Shown here: positions 1 to 9,771 of the stretch, piece after piece
Numbering within the stretch: position 1 is the first letter of the stretch
How the letters are laid out: each line of letters begins with the position of its first letter
Source: an uncultured Bifidobacteriaceae bacterium
Lineage (GTDB): Bacteria; Verrucomicrobiota; Verrucomicrobiia; Limisphaerales; UBA11358
Assembly: GCA_964413165.1 (NCBI GenBank)
Contig: CAYPSF010000002.1
Coordinates: 7,324-71,323 of the forward strand
Reading direction: 5' to 3'
DNA: 64,000 nucleotides
Made by a program: the position numbers and the translations under genes
Notes under the pieces: model-generated
The model's input: only the letters and a program-made list of their open reading frames with translations
What the model was told of the DNA's origin: nothing
Databases searched by the model: none

Positions 1-792
1 ACTCGTCAAATCATGCTCACCTGGAAGATGTACGCTGATGATAACGGCGATATTCTGCCACCAAACGATTATCCTTTTAACTCGGGGGCCATAGAGGATG
101 GCACGGAGAAGAATTGGGTTTTCGGGAGCATGGCCGTAAATAATGATGTATTACATGGGGGCGCAGGTTATTACAATAACAACCCCGCAAATAACCAACT
201 CATCGGCGTGAACCCCATTTTGAGCTGTCTGGCTGCCTACAACCAGAATATCGTTATTTATAAATGTCCGGCGGACATCGTCTTGAAACAAGGCCGAGTG
301 CGCCCACGCAGCGTATCAATGAATTCATGCGTTGGAACGCGCTGGTACTCGGCGGGATTCGGAGGCGGCACCGCGGTACCAGGCTCAGTCCCGGGCGAAG
401 CAGTCGGAGGCGGATGGTCAACAGGCTCCTATCACGATCCAAATGGCGTTTACCGCTGTTATGGTAAAACCACATCATTTACTGCGCCCGGCCCCTCCGA
501 CACCTGGGTCATCATGGATGAGAACCCCTATACGATTAATGACCCGTTAATGGCCATCGCCATGGCATCCGTCATCGTTGACTGGCCGGCCAATTATCAT
601 GGCGGCAGCTCCGGCATCTCTTTCGCCGATGGCCACGCTGAAATGCATAAATGGGTGGACGACTTTACCCCGGCGATCCCTCCCGGAGTCGACCCGAACA
701 ACCCGAACCAGTTTACCACGTCTACCCTGCAAGCCTCCCCCGGTTCCAAGGATTTGGCTTGGATACAGCCTCGGACCACAGCGCTGAAGTGA
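1..792 (+). CDS. C-terminal part of a prepilin-type (DUF1559 / H-X9-DG) pseudopilin-like protein; 5' end outside the window
   Basis: Frame 1 is open from nt 1, so the ATG at 13 is probably internal. The C-terminal HGGSSGISFADGH matches the H-X9-DG motif of PVC prepilin-type processing-associated proteins. Same family as the complete copies at 33068-33910 and 53134-54024. Confidence 0.7.
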   Translation, partial: TRQIMLTWKMYADDNGDILPPNDYPFNSGAIEDGTEKNWVFGSMAVNNDVLHGGAGYYNNNPANNQLIGVNPILSCLAAYNQNIVIYKCPADIVLKQGRVRPRSVSMNSCVGTRWYSAGFGGGTAVPGSVPGEAVGGGWSTGSYHDPNGVYRCYGKTTSFTAPGPSDTWVIMDENPYTINDPLMAIAMASVIVDWPANYHGGSSGISFADGHAEMHKWVDDFTPAIPPGVDPNNPNQFTTSTLQASPGSKDLAWIQPRTTALK

Positions 793-795
793 TGC

Positions 796-1005
796 GTGTT
801 CGGGGGGGTTGCCTTCGCCATTGGCATCGCCTTCGACGTCATTGCTCAGACCTGCTCCTCCGTTTCAACCAACAGGCTGATCGGCAACACGCTGAATTTT
901 GCTGACTCCATCCCGGCCGGTTCCGGCTACGAATTCTGGCGTGTCGCCCGGGTTCATAAACGGATATCCTGGAATCACGAAAACGATCGTCGTTCGGCCG
1001 AATAA
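796..1005 (+). other. 69-codon ORF in the same frame as the upstream CDS, separated only by TGA-TGC; possible read-through or ancestral extension, or a small gene
   Basis: The sequence reads ...ALK-TGA-TGC-GTG.... Codon position 3 is strongly G/C-biased over most of the ORF, which is coding-like for this genome. It contains GYEFWRVARV, reminiscent of the FYRL-type C-terminal motif of other secreted proteins here. Confidence 0.25.
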
Positions 1006-1021
1006 ATCCGGAGTTCCGGAA

Positions 1022-2098
1022 TCACTTTTGCGCTGACGGGGCAGCGGGTGGCAACGGCGCCAGGCCGGATACGGCGCGGAGCGGGGCGATGCCCTTGAGG
1101 TATTCCGGGTCGTCCAGACTCAACGAGCGGGGATTGTTGACCAAGGTTCGCATGGCTTCGACGTCCGCCGGCTTGGTACTCACCATTTCAGCCCAGAGCA
1201 TCCACCAGGTCCACCCGGGCTGCTGTTCCAGCACCGCCAGCGTCGGCGGCGGCCCGACTTCCGCCAAGGCAACCGGTTTTCCCCCCGCCAGTTTCACCAG
1301 GTCGCGATAATAGGCCGGTGAAAAATCGCTGTGATAAACGTCCAGCGCCACAATGTCGAAATATTTGCGGCCGGGGAAAAAATCGGCGAACTGCCGTTGC
1401 GGCGTGCTGGGCCGGTCCACGTTCCAAATCCACACCAGGTTGTTGAGATGATGATGATTGACCAGCCGGTCAAACAACTGGCGGTACAGCACCTTCGTAC
1501 CGTGTTCGCCCCGGCGTCCGCCCCACCAGAACCAGTCACCATTCATCTCATGGTATGGCCGCCAGAGCACGGGGACGCGCGCGTCCTGAAGCTGTTTAAG
1601 GTAGCCGGCGATGACGTCCACCTGGTCGCACCAGCGCCGGTTCAATGCCGTCCCGGGGGTGATCAACTCGTTCCATTGTTCGTCGGTCAGCTTTCCCTGG
1701 ACACTGCCGCGGAAGGTGACCGGTTCATCGTCCGTGGGCCGCACGGCGTGCCAGCACAGGGTGATGATGGCGCCATTGGCATATTGCTGCTTGACCTCCG
1801 CGATGATGTTGGACCGGGCGGTCACGGCATCCTTGTCGCCGGGCGCAGCAAAGCCGAAATCCTGGCCGAAAACGGCCGGCGTCTTGCCCCAGGTCGCGGC
1901 CGCTTGAAGCGTGGAAGTGTCGTGAGTGTTCGGATAATTGTGCTGGCCGGTCAGCGTGTGCCGGCCGGAGATGCCCTGGATGTATTTTAACAAGGCCGCC
2001 GCCTCGGGCGAGGCCTGGGGGGTCACCGGCTTGACGGAACCGCACCCGGCACACAACCAGCCGGACAATAACACGATCAGGGTTTGTTCGATTTTCAC
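1022..2098 (-). CDS. GH26 endo-beta-1,4-mannanase, lipoprotein
   Basis: N-terminal lipobox (LSGWLCAGCGS). GH26 signature YHEMNGDWFWWGG plus W/H-rich catalytic blocks. Confidence 0.85.
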   Translation of the reverse strand: MKIEQTLIVLLSGWLCAGCGSVKPVTPQASPEAAALLKYIQGISGRHTLTGQHNYPNTHDTSTLQAAATWGKTPAVFGQDFGFAAPGDKDAVTARSNIIAEVKQQYANGAIITLCWHAVRPTDDEPVTFRGSVQGKLTDEQWNELITPGTALNRRWCDQVDVIAGYLKQLQDARVPVLWRPYHEMNGDWFWWGGRRGEHGTKVLYRQLFDRLVNHHHLNNLVWIWNVDRPSTPQRQFADFFPGRKYFDIVALDVYHSDFSPAYYRDLVKLAGGKPVALAEVGPPPTLAVLEQQPGWTWWMLWAEMVSTKPADVEAMRTLVNNPRSLSLDDPEYLKGIAPLRAVSGLAPLPPAAPSAQK

Positions 2099-2150
2099 GG
2101 ATGAATGCTTTCTTTAAAAAGAGACTTGTTACCTGCCGTTTCCCTGCCCT

Positions 2151-3329
2151 TCAACGGGCCAGCCGCAGGTTTTTCTCAATCAACCGGCAACGCTGGTCCA
2201 CACAAAGCTTCGACCGCATCGCGTCCGCCGGTGTGTGGGTGACGTAATCCAGCAATTTTTCGACGGTCGTTGTCGCCACGTGAGTGCGGGTATCGGAAGA
2301 ACCGTAATAGATGAAGACGTCGCCGTTCGGGCGGGCCGCCCAGCCATTGGCAAACGCGACATTCGACACGTCGCCCACGCGTTCATCACCCTCGGGCGCC
2401 AGAAAATAGCCGCCGGGCGCCTGGATCTGTTTGGCGGGGTCCTTCAAATCGCACAAGAACACATAGAGCACATAACGCATGCCGGCGGCGGTGTTGCGAA
2501 CACCGTGCGCCAAGTGCAACCAGCCCTTCTTCGTCTTGATCGGCGCCGGACCAAGGCCGTTCTTGCCTTCCTTGATCGTATGATAAAACCGCGGGTCGAT
2601 GATGCGTTCCTGCTCCACCACCGCCTGGGTGATGTCGGCGCACAGTCCCCAACCGATGCCGTCGCCGCTGCCGGTGGCGGCAAAATCCGCCATGGGACGC
2701 GTGTAGAAGGCATACTTGCCGTTCACCAATTCGGGGTGGAGCACACAATTGCGCTGGTGTAACGCGTTGGTTTTGAGGTCGGGCAGACGTTCCCACTTCA
2801 CGAGGTCTTTGGTGCGCGCAATGCCGCAGCGCGCGATGGCGGCGGACAGGTCACCGGGTTTTGAGTCATCGTGCCGTTCCGCGCAAAACAGCCCGTATAT
2901 CCAGCCGTCTTCGTGGCGCACGAGGCGCATGTCGTACAGATTCGTCTCCTGCGGCTCGTAATCCGGCATCCGCACCGGGTAATCCCAGAACCGGAAACCG
3001 TCCACACCGGTTTTGCTTTCCGCCACGGCGAAAAACGACTTGCGGTCCCAACCCTCGACGCGCGCCATCAAAACGATGTTCCCGTTCCATTCCATCGCGC
3101 CAACATTGAAAACGCAGTTGATCCCCAGCCGCGTCATCAGGTGCGGGTTCGTGGCCGGATTGAAATCATAACGCCAGGACAACGGCGTGTGTTCGGCGGT
3201 CAGCACCGGAAATTCGTACCGGTCGAAGATGCCGTGGCCGTTCTTTTGCGGGCGGTTGCGGCGTTGGAGCAGTTGTGCGTGCCGCCGCTGGAGTTGTTTT
3301 AATTTGTTCGGAAAGGCGGTTTGGGTCAT
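2151..3329 (-). CDS. GH130 beta-mannoside phosphorylase (4-O-beta-D-mannosyl-D-glucose / mannooligosaccharide phosphorylase-like), cytoplasmic
   Basis: GH130-type blocks ([42 protein letters not shown]). No signal peptide. Start chosen at ATG 3329, giving an ATGA overlap with the stop of the upstream gene; the ORF-track start at 3374 would overlap that gene by 49 nt. Confidence 0.85.
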   Translation of the reverse strand: MTQTAFPNKLKQLQRRHAQLLQRRNRPQKNGHGIFDRYEFPVLTAEHTPLSWRYDFNPATNPHLMTRLGINCVFNVGAMEWNGNIVLMARVEGWDRKSFFAVAESKTGVDGFRFWDYPVRMPDYEPQETNLYDMRLVRHEDGWIYGLFCAERHDDSKPGDLSAAIARCGIARTKDLVKWERLPDLKTNALHQRNCVLHPELVNGKYAFYTRPMADFAATGSGDGIGWGLCADITQAVVEQERIIDPRFYHTIKEGKNGLGPAPIKTKKGWLHLAHGVRNTAAGMRYVLYVFLCDLKDPAKQIQAPGGYFLAPEGDERVGDVSNVAFANGWAARPNGDVFIYYGSSDTRTHVATTTVEKLLDYVTHTPADAMRSKLCVDQRCRLIEKNLRLAR

Positions 3330-5245
3330 TGGGCTTGGGCCGTTGTGGTTGAATCGGATGCTGGTTTGAGCCATTCTCCCTCAAGCGGCACCACTCGGCA
3401 ACCGGGAATAGGACGTTCCTCGACACCATTGGGCAACTCCCAGCGGACGGCGAGTTGGGTGGAGCCGGATTGTTGCTGCTGCAAAGCTTCCAGATAATAA
3501 CGTTTGCCGGCTTCCAAGGTCACCGGGATCGATTCGGCCTCGTGCGTGTGCGGCCATTTGCTGTACGGAGTGCTGCGGGTTACCTCCGCGATTTTGGCCT
3601 TTTTCGCCGGGGTGGCGTCGGTGCTCAGCCAGAGTTGCGAAACGCTTTCGTTGGCGATCCAGAATTTGTATGTACCCGTGGTCGGCGGGATCAAAAACCC
3701 CCGGTAACGAGCCTCGAAATTGGTGGCCACACTCACGGGCACCTCAAACGCCTTGCCCAGGATTTCCCGGCCGGTGGGCGGCTCAGTCAGATGATCCAAG
3801 TCCGCCAGGCTCATGTCTTTCTGGCCCGTCCACCAGTCGCGCGCAATGCCCGCCCCCGGTCCGACCTGGAAGGCCGGGCTGACGGCGCCGGCCAGACCGG
3901 CGGCTTTGGCCATCAAGGTGTAGCGTTCGCCGGCCCTGCCAATTTTCAGGTCCGGAAACGTGGCGATGCCGTTGACCGTGGCCGCCGTCAGGGTTCCGGC
4001 CAACGCGCCATCCCGGGAACCGTCTCCCAACGCCAGGGTGACGGTAAAGGCGCCCGCGCGAACCGTCCGGCCCGTCTTGTCCTGCACGGCCACCGTCACC
4101 GGCAAGCGCCGGACCCCGCCTACAGCCACGTCGCCCGGCGCGGTCGCAAAGCCCAGCCTCACCGCCGGACCGGCCGGTGAAAACGGATAATGACTGAAGT
4201 CCGGCAGGTCGCCAAGGTTGAGCACATAGGGATTATTGAACCACTCGCGCAATTGTTCGGGCGTATTCTTTTCCGTGAGCATGGACCCCGACCAGGTCGT
4301 AAAAAACAACCAGCCGGCCCTTTCCGGGACCAGCCGGTTCACATCGGGAATCGGGCCATTCTCACCGAGCGCAATGAGTTTTTGCCCGCGGCCAAACGCG
4401 GTCAGCTCATTGAACACATCCTTCGCCGTCCCGTGATTGCCATCCATGGGATAATGGTCCTGGCCGATGATGTCCACGTAGGCGTCACCCGGGTACCAGT
4501 CGGCGAGGTCGGTTTCCGCGCCGGGTGAAAAGACCCAGATGAGGTTGTTGAGTTTGTGTTTGGCGGTGAAGTTGACGAACATCAATTGCCAGAGCTTGCG
4601 GAGGGGTTCCGGCCCTTGAGCGCCCCACCAGAACCAGCGGCCGTTTGCCTCGTGTAACGGTCGCCACAGCACCGGCACGTGTGCGTCTCGAAGCACTTCC
4701 AATTCGCCTGCAATCTGGTCCAGATCGCACAACAGCGCCTCGTTTTCGGGGGTGCCTTCCGTCACGCCGCGGGCCAGGTCAAACCGGGTGTCCTTCGTGT
4801 AAAACGCCGGCTCGTTCATCGGCGCTCGCCAGTGCCAGCAGAATTCCACCAGGCCATGCCGGTTTTGATACCAGTCAATCGCGTGTCTCGCGAGGAGGTG
4901 GTTGGTATCGTACCCGCGTGACGAGCCGGTGTAACCCGACAAATCCATCGCCAGCAACGCCGGCATTTTGCCCGCAGTGCTCGCGAGATAATTCAGCTCA
5001 AAACACAAATCATTGGTCCCGCGCCGGCCTTCCTGCTGCCCGGAAATGATCTTCTTCCCGTAAATATCCGAAAAATAGGCCAGCAGCGATTGCACTTCCG
5101 GGGAGGCGTTCGGCGTAACCGGCGTGTCCGCTCCCCGGGCAACGATCGCGGGTATTGCCGTCAATGCCAGCGCCAGGAACAGCGTCACCCGGGCCACCCA
5201 TCGGTCGGCCCACATCCCGTAAATCACCTGTCGATTCGCGCTCAT
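3326..5245 (-). CDS. Secreted GH26 mannanase with Ig-like and C-terminal PA14-like domains
   Basis: GH26 motif [15 protein letters not shown]. The middle Ig-like segment is rich in V/T/A beta strands. The C-terminal PA14-like pattern is [19 protein letters not shown]...[12 protein letters not shown]. Start taken at MSANRQ... (5245), which precedes a hydrophobic signal/anchor. Confidence 0.8.
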   Translation of the reverse strand: MSANRQVIYGMWADRWVARVTLFLALALTAIPAIVARGADTPVTPNASPEVQSLLAYFSDIYGKKIISGQQEGRRGTNDLCFELNYLASTAGKMPALLAMDLSGYTGSSRGYDTNHLLARHAIDWYQNRHGLVEFCWHWRAPMNEPAFYTKDTRFDLARGVTEGTPENEALLCDLDQIAGELEVLRDAHVPVLWRPLHEANGRWFWWGAQGPEPLRKLWQLMFVNFTAKHKLNNLIWVFSPGAETDLADWYPGDAYVDIIGQDHYPMDGNHGTAKDVFNELTAFGRGQKLIALGENGPIPDVNRLVPERAGWLFFTTWSGSMLTEKNTPEQLREWFNNPYVLNLGDLPDFSHYPFSPAGPAVRLGFATAPGDVAVGGVRRLPVTVAVQDKTGRTVRAGAFTVTLALGDGSRDGALAGTLTAATVNGIATFPDLKIGRAGERYTLMAKAAGLAGAVSPAFQVGPGAGIARDWWTGQKDMSLADLDHLTEPPTGREILGKAFEVPVSVATNFEARYRGFLIPPTTGTYKFWIANESVSQLWLSTDATPAKKAKIAEVTRSTPYSKWPHTHEAESIPVTLEAGKRYYLEALQQQQSGSTQLAVRWELPNGVEERPIPGCRVVPLEGEWLKPASDSTTTAQAQ

Positions 5246-5385
5246 TGACGTCTCTTTCAGTCTAACTTTTTTTGCCGAAGGAAGAAAGCGGCATGCCCGG
5301 CCAAAGCTGTCATCTAAACATGCGACACCAAAAAACTTCCCACCCCGCGAAGGATTTGACAGCGTCAGAACGCACTTCAAATATA

Positions 5386-6756
5386 ATGAGTCACCGCCCT
5401 TTTTCCCGCAGGGAATTCATCCAAACTTCCGCCCTGGCGCTCCCGCTGGTCGCCGCCGGTTGTGCCCGCCTGCAAACCAAACACAGCCCGGCTCAATCGG
5501 GCGCCGGCGATTTCGTCACGGTCCGCAACCGCCGGTTCGAACTGCAAGGCCGCCCCTATTTTTATATCGGCACCAATCTTTGGTACGGTTGCTACCTGTC
5601 CGACCCGGCACTCCCCGACGGCCGCCAGCGCATGGTCCGCGAACTCGACCGCCTGCAGGCAATCGGCGTCACCAATATCCGCCTGCTCGCCGGCTCGGAA
5701 ACGTCGCCGCTGGCCGGGGCTATTCCGCGCGGTATCACCCGCGCCCCGCACGATTGGGACGAAGCCCTGCTCCAGGGCCTTGATTTTTGCCTCGCCGAAA
5801 TGGCCAAACGCAACATGCGGGGAATTCTCTTCGTGTCGAACTACTGGCAATGGTCCGGCAGCTTCGCGCAATACGTCCGGTGGATCACCGGCGAAACCAT
5901 CCCCGACCCGGATCGGCCCGAGATGGCACACGGCGACTGGCATGGGTTCATGGAATTCTCCGCGCGTTTCTACACCGTCCCCGCGGCGAACGATCTTTAT
6001 CGCGGATACATCACCCATCTGGTCCAGCGCCGCAACACCGTCAACGACCGGCTCTACCGCGACGACCCCGCCATCATGACCTGGGAACTGGCCAACGAAC
6101 CGCGCCCCGGTCCGGATGACGCGAACGACGCGAGTGTCCAGGCGTTTTGCCAGTGGGTGGATGAGACCGCCCGGTTCATTCATTCTCAGGACCCGAACCA
6201 CCTCGTCTGCACCGGTTCGGAAGGCATCTGGGGTTGCTTGAAGAAATCCGATGTTTTCGTCCAGGCCCATAAAGCACCGGCGATTGATTATGTGACCGTG
6301 CACATGTGGCTGAAGAATTGGAGCTGGCTGAAGGACCCGCAACTCGGGCCCGATTACGAAACGGCAGCCGGCCGGGCGAAGGACCACGTGGAACAACACA
6401 CCGTCCTGGCCACCGACACCCTGAAGAAGCCGCTCGTGCTGGAGGAATTCGGCCTGCCGCGCGACCACGAGAAATACGAACCCGGCAGTCCCACAACGGC
6501 GCGCGACGATTATTTCGGCCGCATGTTCAACCAGGTAGCGGAGTCCTGCGCGGCCGGCCGGGCTTTGCAGGGCGCTAACTTCTGGACCTGGGGCGGAGAA
6601 GGCCGCGCCGGCGCCGGAAAACCCGACTCGGCGACCGCTCTGACCGGCGATCCCTTCTGCGAACCACAGGGACTGAATTCCATCTTCGACACCGATACCA
6701 GCACGCTGGCCGTCGTCGCCCAGGCCAACAAAAAACTGGCGGCAATTGCGGGGTAA
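5386..6756 (+). CDS. GH5 endo-beta-1,4-mannanase with Tat-type signal and lipobox
   Basis: Twin-arginine leader SRREFIQTSALALPLVAAGC. GH5 blocks NYWQWSG, TWELANEPRP (acid/base NEP) and LVLEEFG (nucleophile). Start taken at ATG 5386. Confidence 0.8.
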   Translation: MSHRPFSRREFIQTSALALPLVAAGCARLQTKHSPAQSGAGDFVTVRNRRFELQGRPYFYIGTNLWYGCYLSDPALPDGRQRMVRELDRLQAIGVTNIRLLAGSETSPLAGAIPRGITRAPHDWDEALLQGLDFCLAEMAKRNMRGILFVSNYWQWSGSFAQYVRWITGETIPDPDRPEMAHGDWHGFMEFSARFYTVPAANDLYRGYITHLVQRRNTVNDRLYRDDPAIMTWELANEPRPGPDDANDASVQAFCQWVDETARFIHSQDPNHLVCTGSEGIWGCLKKSDVFVQAHKAPAIDYVTVHMWLKNWSWLKDPQLGPDYETAAGRAKDHVEQHTVLATDTLKKPLVLEEFGLPRDHEKYEPGSPTTARDDYFGRMFNQVAESCAAGRALQGANFWTWGGEGRAGAGKPDSATALTGDPFCEPQGLNSIFDTDTSTLAVVAQANKKLAAIAG

Positions 6757-6800
6757 GTACGTTCGGTGTCCACGCTTTAGCGTGCCTTGTGTCCCTCGGC

Positions 6801-6979
6801 CAGCGCGACACCGCTTTGGAAAACCGGTTGGACAATCGATCGCGCCACGCCATCGAAAGCGCCGTCGCCGCTGCGCTCTGCCGGCGCAGTCCAAAATCAC
6901 TCACCACTCCGGCTGTTTTTAGTCGTTCCGACGTCGATTTCACCGCCATTTGTGTTGCCGGCCAAAACCGCTGGATGAT
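6801..6979 (+). repeat. Repeat unit 1 (5'-degenerate) of a tandemly duplicated ~180-bp element with 220-bp period
   Basis: 6801-6979 aligns almost base-for-base with 7021-7200 (cagcgcgacaccgctttgg...ccgctggat). It contains the inner and right arms of the palindromic core. Confidence 0.8.
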
Positions 6980-7000
6980 TTGCTGCCGCACCGGACGAAT

Positions 7001-7200
7001 TTGGACTGCGGTGGCAAGCGCAGCGCGACACCGCTTTGGGAAACGGATTGGACAATCAAACGCACCACGCCATCCGAAAGCGCCGTCGCCGCTGCGCTTT
7101 GCCGGCGCAGTCCAAAATCACTCACCACTCCGGCTGTCTTTAGTCGTTCCGACGACGATTTCAACGCCATTTGTGTTGCCGGCCGAAACCGCTGGATCAT
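7001..7200 (+). repeat. Repeat unit 2: ~115-bp imperfect palindromic core (7001-7115) plus ~85-bp tail
   Basis: Outer arm TTGGACTGCGGTGGCAAGCGCAGCG (7001-7025) pairs with CGCTGCGCTTTGCCGGCGCAGTCCAA (7090-7115). Inner arm GCGACACCGCTTTGG pairs with CCGAAAGCGCCGTCGC. REP/MITE-like, with no coding support. Confidence 0.8.
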
Positions 7201-7217
7201 TCGATGCGCCCAGCCGG

Positions 7218-7286
7218 GAGCGCGGACAGCTTTGTCCGCGTGTTCCCAGCCTCAATAGCTCCGCGCGGACAAAGCTGTCCGCGCTC
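7218..7286. repeat. Perfect 23-bp inverted repeat; each arm is itself a GC hairpin. Possible bidirectional terminator between the convergent GH5 and GH27 genes
   Basis: GAGCGCGGACAGCTTTGTCCGCG (7218-7240) and its exact reverse complement (7264-7286). Each arm folds as GCGGACA-GCTT-TGTCCGC. No clear U-tract. Confidence 0.5.
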
Positions 7287-7307
7287 CTTGAGTGTGTGAT
7301 GCCCGTC

Positions 7308-8510
7308 TTACATTTTGTCGAGCCGGAGCATCAAGACGTCGTGGGCCGGTATCTCGGCGTCCAAGGGGTCCTTCGTAGTGGGGAGATTTTTTTTCGTCCA
7401 CAGGTCGCGGACCTTGTAGGTCGTCGTGTCGAAATTGGCCTCTCTTTTTGAGAGGTCATCGGCAACCGCCTTGGTTTTCCAATCGAACACGATCTTTTGC
7501 GCACGCGGGCTGCGGTTGAGCACACACATCGCCCAGGCGTCTCCTGAAAGGGGCTTGAACCAGATTTCGAGGACTCCATCGGTAAAATATCGCCATCCCT
7601 GAATACCGAGAGCGTCCTGGTCAACGGCAATTGCGTCTTTGTTGGCCAGAACCTCCAGGGTCGCCTTGGGTATGTTCCGCAGGTCGTTGCCCGCAATCAA
7701 CGGGGCCGCCAGCATGCACCACATGGAAAAGTGCGCCCGGTCCTCATTGACACTCATGCCATTACCGACCTCCAGCATGTCCGGATCGTTCCAATGACCA
7801 GGGCCGGCATATTCGCGCAACCCTTGCTGCAGGTCGAGGATTTGCAGGATGCCCGATGATTTCCAGGTGCCATGGTCTTGCGTGCAATCGAAGCAGGGAT
7901 AAATATCCCCGGTCGTCCGCCACAGATGGCCGATCTTCGCCCCCCACAGCCAGGGTTTTTGATTGCCCCATTCGCAAATGCTGAAAACCATCGGCCGGCC
8001 CGCGGCAAAGAGCGCGTTCCGCATGGTCAGATACGCCCCTTCTGCGCTCAAAGCCTCCGTATCGCACCAGTCGTATTTCAGATAGTCCACACCCCATTGC
8101 GCGTACATTTGTGCGTCCTGATATTCGTGCCCCCGGCTGCCGGGTTTGCCGCCACACGTCTTCCAGCCGGCGTCCGAATAAATGCCCAGCTTCAAGCCTT
8201 TGCTGTGGACGTAATCCGCCAGGGCCTTCATGCCGGAGGGAAACCGCTTTGGGTCGGGCTGGATGAATCCCTGGGCGTCCCGTTCCCCGTGCCAGCAGTC
8301 GTCAAGGTTGATGTATTGATAGCCGGCGTCCTTCATGCCGTTGATGACCATGGCATCGGCCGTTTCGCGGATGAGCCGTTCGTTCACGTCGCAGGCGAAC
8401 TTGTTCCAACTGTTCCAGCCCATAGGCGGGGTTAAGGCCAGTTGATCGAATTTCTGGCCCGACGCGCTGACGCCGGCCACGCAAAGGAGGAGGAGCAGGA
8501 TTTTTTTCAT
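7308..8510 (-). CDS. GH27 alpha-galactosidase, secreted
   Basis: Signal peptide, then PPMGWNSWNKF, YQYINLDDCW and YLKYDWC motifs characteristic of GH27. Confidence 0.9.
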   Translation of the reverse strand: MKKILLLLLCVAGVSASGQKFDQLALTPPMGWNSWNKFACDVNERLIRETADAMVINGMKDAGYQYINLDDCWHGERDAQGFIQPDPKRFPSGMKALADYVHSKGLKLGIYSDAGWKTCGGKPGSRGHEYQDAQMYAQWGVDYLKYDWCDTEALSAEGAYLTMRNALFAAGRPMVFSICEWGNQKPWLWGAKIGHLWRTTGDIYPCFDCTQDHGTWKSSGILQILDLQQGLREYAGPGHWNDPDMLEVGNGMSVNEDRAHFSMWCMLAAPLIAGNDLRNIPKATLEVLANKDAIAVDQDALGIQGWRYFTDGVLEIWFKPLSGDAWAMCVLNRSPRAQKIVFDWKTKAVADDLSKREANFDTTTYKVRDLWTKKNLPTTKDPLDAEIPAHDVLMLRLDKM

Positions 8511-8541
8511 GGTTTAGGTAGGATTCAGTTCCGGTGTGGCG

Positions 8542-8570
8542 CAATTAACATCGCAACCAACTCGCGTCAA
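8542..8570 (-). promoter_or_regulatory. Candidate sigma70-type promoter of the GH27 gene
   Basis: On the minus strand TTGACG (8570-8565), a 17-nt spacer, then TAATTG (8547-8542), about 30 nt upstream of ATG 8510. Confidence 0.3.
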
Positions 8571-8582
8571 TGTGACAACGTC

Positions 8583-8696
8583 TTGGAGTGCGCTGGCAGA
8601 GCAAAGCGGCGACAGCGCTTTTGGATCGTGGGTGTGCTCGATAGTCCAAATCGATTGCCAAAGCGGCGTCGCGCTGCGCTTGCCGCCGCAGTCCAA
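8583..8696 (-). repeat. Third copy of the ~115-bp palindromic element, inverted relative to the copies at 6801-7200
   Basis: The reverse complement reads TTGGACTGCGGCGGCAAGCGCAGCGCGACGCCGCTTTGG...CCAAAAGCGCTGTCGCCGCTTTGCTCTGCCAGCGCACTCCAA. It aligns with 7001-7115 including the asymmetric loop (TTGGAC[A/T]ATC). Confidence 0.75.
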
Positions 8697-8731
8697 AATA
8701 TTTGCCGGCCGATGTCATTTTAAAAAATGCC

Positions 8732-9766
8732 TCAGGGTTGATTTGTTTGCATCGCTTTTTTGAAATAGGCGCCGGCCCGGGTCGGCGTGAAATCCCAGTT
8801 CTTGATCAAGGTGGGCCCCCAATGCGGATCGAAACACCACACGGTGTAGGAGATGCCGTGCTTGGCACAATAGGACGTAATGGCGTCGCCATAACTTTCG
8901 TCGCCGGTAATCGGGTTGTAACCGCCGGGCACCCCCGGTTCCAGGAAACCGATCTCAGTCAGGATGACGGGATATTTGTCGGAAACAAACCCCCAATCGG
9001 CCGTCCAGTGGGGTTCCCAGGGCTGTTTGGCTTTCATGGGATACGGATGGGCGACGTACCCGATGCCTTCGGCGTTGATGGGCGCCGCGGCCACCGGCGT
9101 CAGGTCGTAACCAAAATTGAAGCCGGCAACGAGCGGCACGGCCGTGCCACCGCTGGCACGGATAGTCCGGATGAGTTCCTCCATGAGCCCTTTCCATTGT
9201 GGCCAGGTGCAATCGCCCAGCTTCAGCTCGGGGTTGACGGTCGGCTCATTGAACAGCTCAAAAAACGCGATCGTGTTGTTCCCATGATAATGCTTGGCCA
9301 TGGTTTTCCAGAAATCAAAGGTTTCGTCCCGGGTGGTGTTGTAAACACTGGGCGGATAAAGCTCGGATGAGCCGGGGAAAAATTTCCCGGCGTACAAATT
9401 GCCGATGCTGTGCCAGTCGATGATGACGTAAAGGCCTTCCGCGTTGGCCCAGGCCACGCCCTGGTCGAGCAGTTTGAGGTAATTCTCCTTGCCGCGGATA
9501 TGCCAGGCCGCCGGATGGACAGGAAATCGGACGATGTTGGCGCCCCACGACTTCGCCTCTTCAAAGTAGTGTTTGTTCCATTGCCCGTTCCGTTCCAGCT
9601 TGTCCGGATCACTCGTGTCCAGTCCCCGGAAAACGATGGTTTTGCCGTCGGCAGTGACAAAATGATTGTCTTTGACGCTGACCCGGCTCAGTTCAGCGGC
9701 AGTTCCCACGGAAAACAAAGCGAAGAACAACCAGCAGAAAATAATTTTATTCATCACGTTGTTCAT
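8732..9766 (-). CDS. GH5 endo-beta-1,4-glucanase/mannanase, secreted
   Basis: Signal peptide MNNVMNKIIFCWLFFALFSVGTAAE. GH5 blocks ANIVRFPV, YVIIDWHS, FELFNEPT and ILTEIGF. Start set at ATG 9766, just after the stop of the upstream gene. Confidence 0.8.
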   Translation of the reverse strand: MNNVMNKIIFCWLFFALFSVGTAAELSRVSVKDNHFVTADGKTIVFRGLDTSDPDKLERNGQWNKHYFEEAKSWGANIVRFPVHPAAWHIRGKENYLKLLDQGVAWANAEGLYVIIDWHSIGNLYAGKFFPGSSELYPPSVYNTTRDETFDFWKTMAKHYHGNNTIAFFELFNEPTVNPELKLGDCTWPQWKGLMEELIRTIRASGGTAVPLVAGFNFGYDLTPVAAAPINAEGIGYVAHPYPMKAKQPWEPHWTADWGFVSDKYPVILTEIGFLEPGVPGGYNPITGDESYGDAITSYCAKHGISYTVWCFDPHWGPTLIKNWDFTPTRAGAYFKKAMQTNQP

Positions 9767-9771
9767 AACTT

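Noticed and set aside
5356-5388. TTGACA ... TATAAT sigma70-like promoter in front of the GH5 mannanase
   Set aside because: The spacer to TATAAT is about 20 nt and the hexamer overlaps the chosen ATG (5386). The alternative -10 (AAATAT, 17-nt spacer) would place the transcription start inside the coding region. This is too ambiguous to call.
6801-7200. Possible CRISPR array or tandem-repeat locus
   Set aside because: There are only two units of about 180 bp with 220-bp periodicity. There is no short repeat/spacer alternation and no cas genes. It is better explained as a duplicated REP/MITE-like palindromic element.
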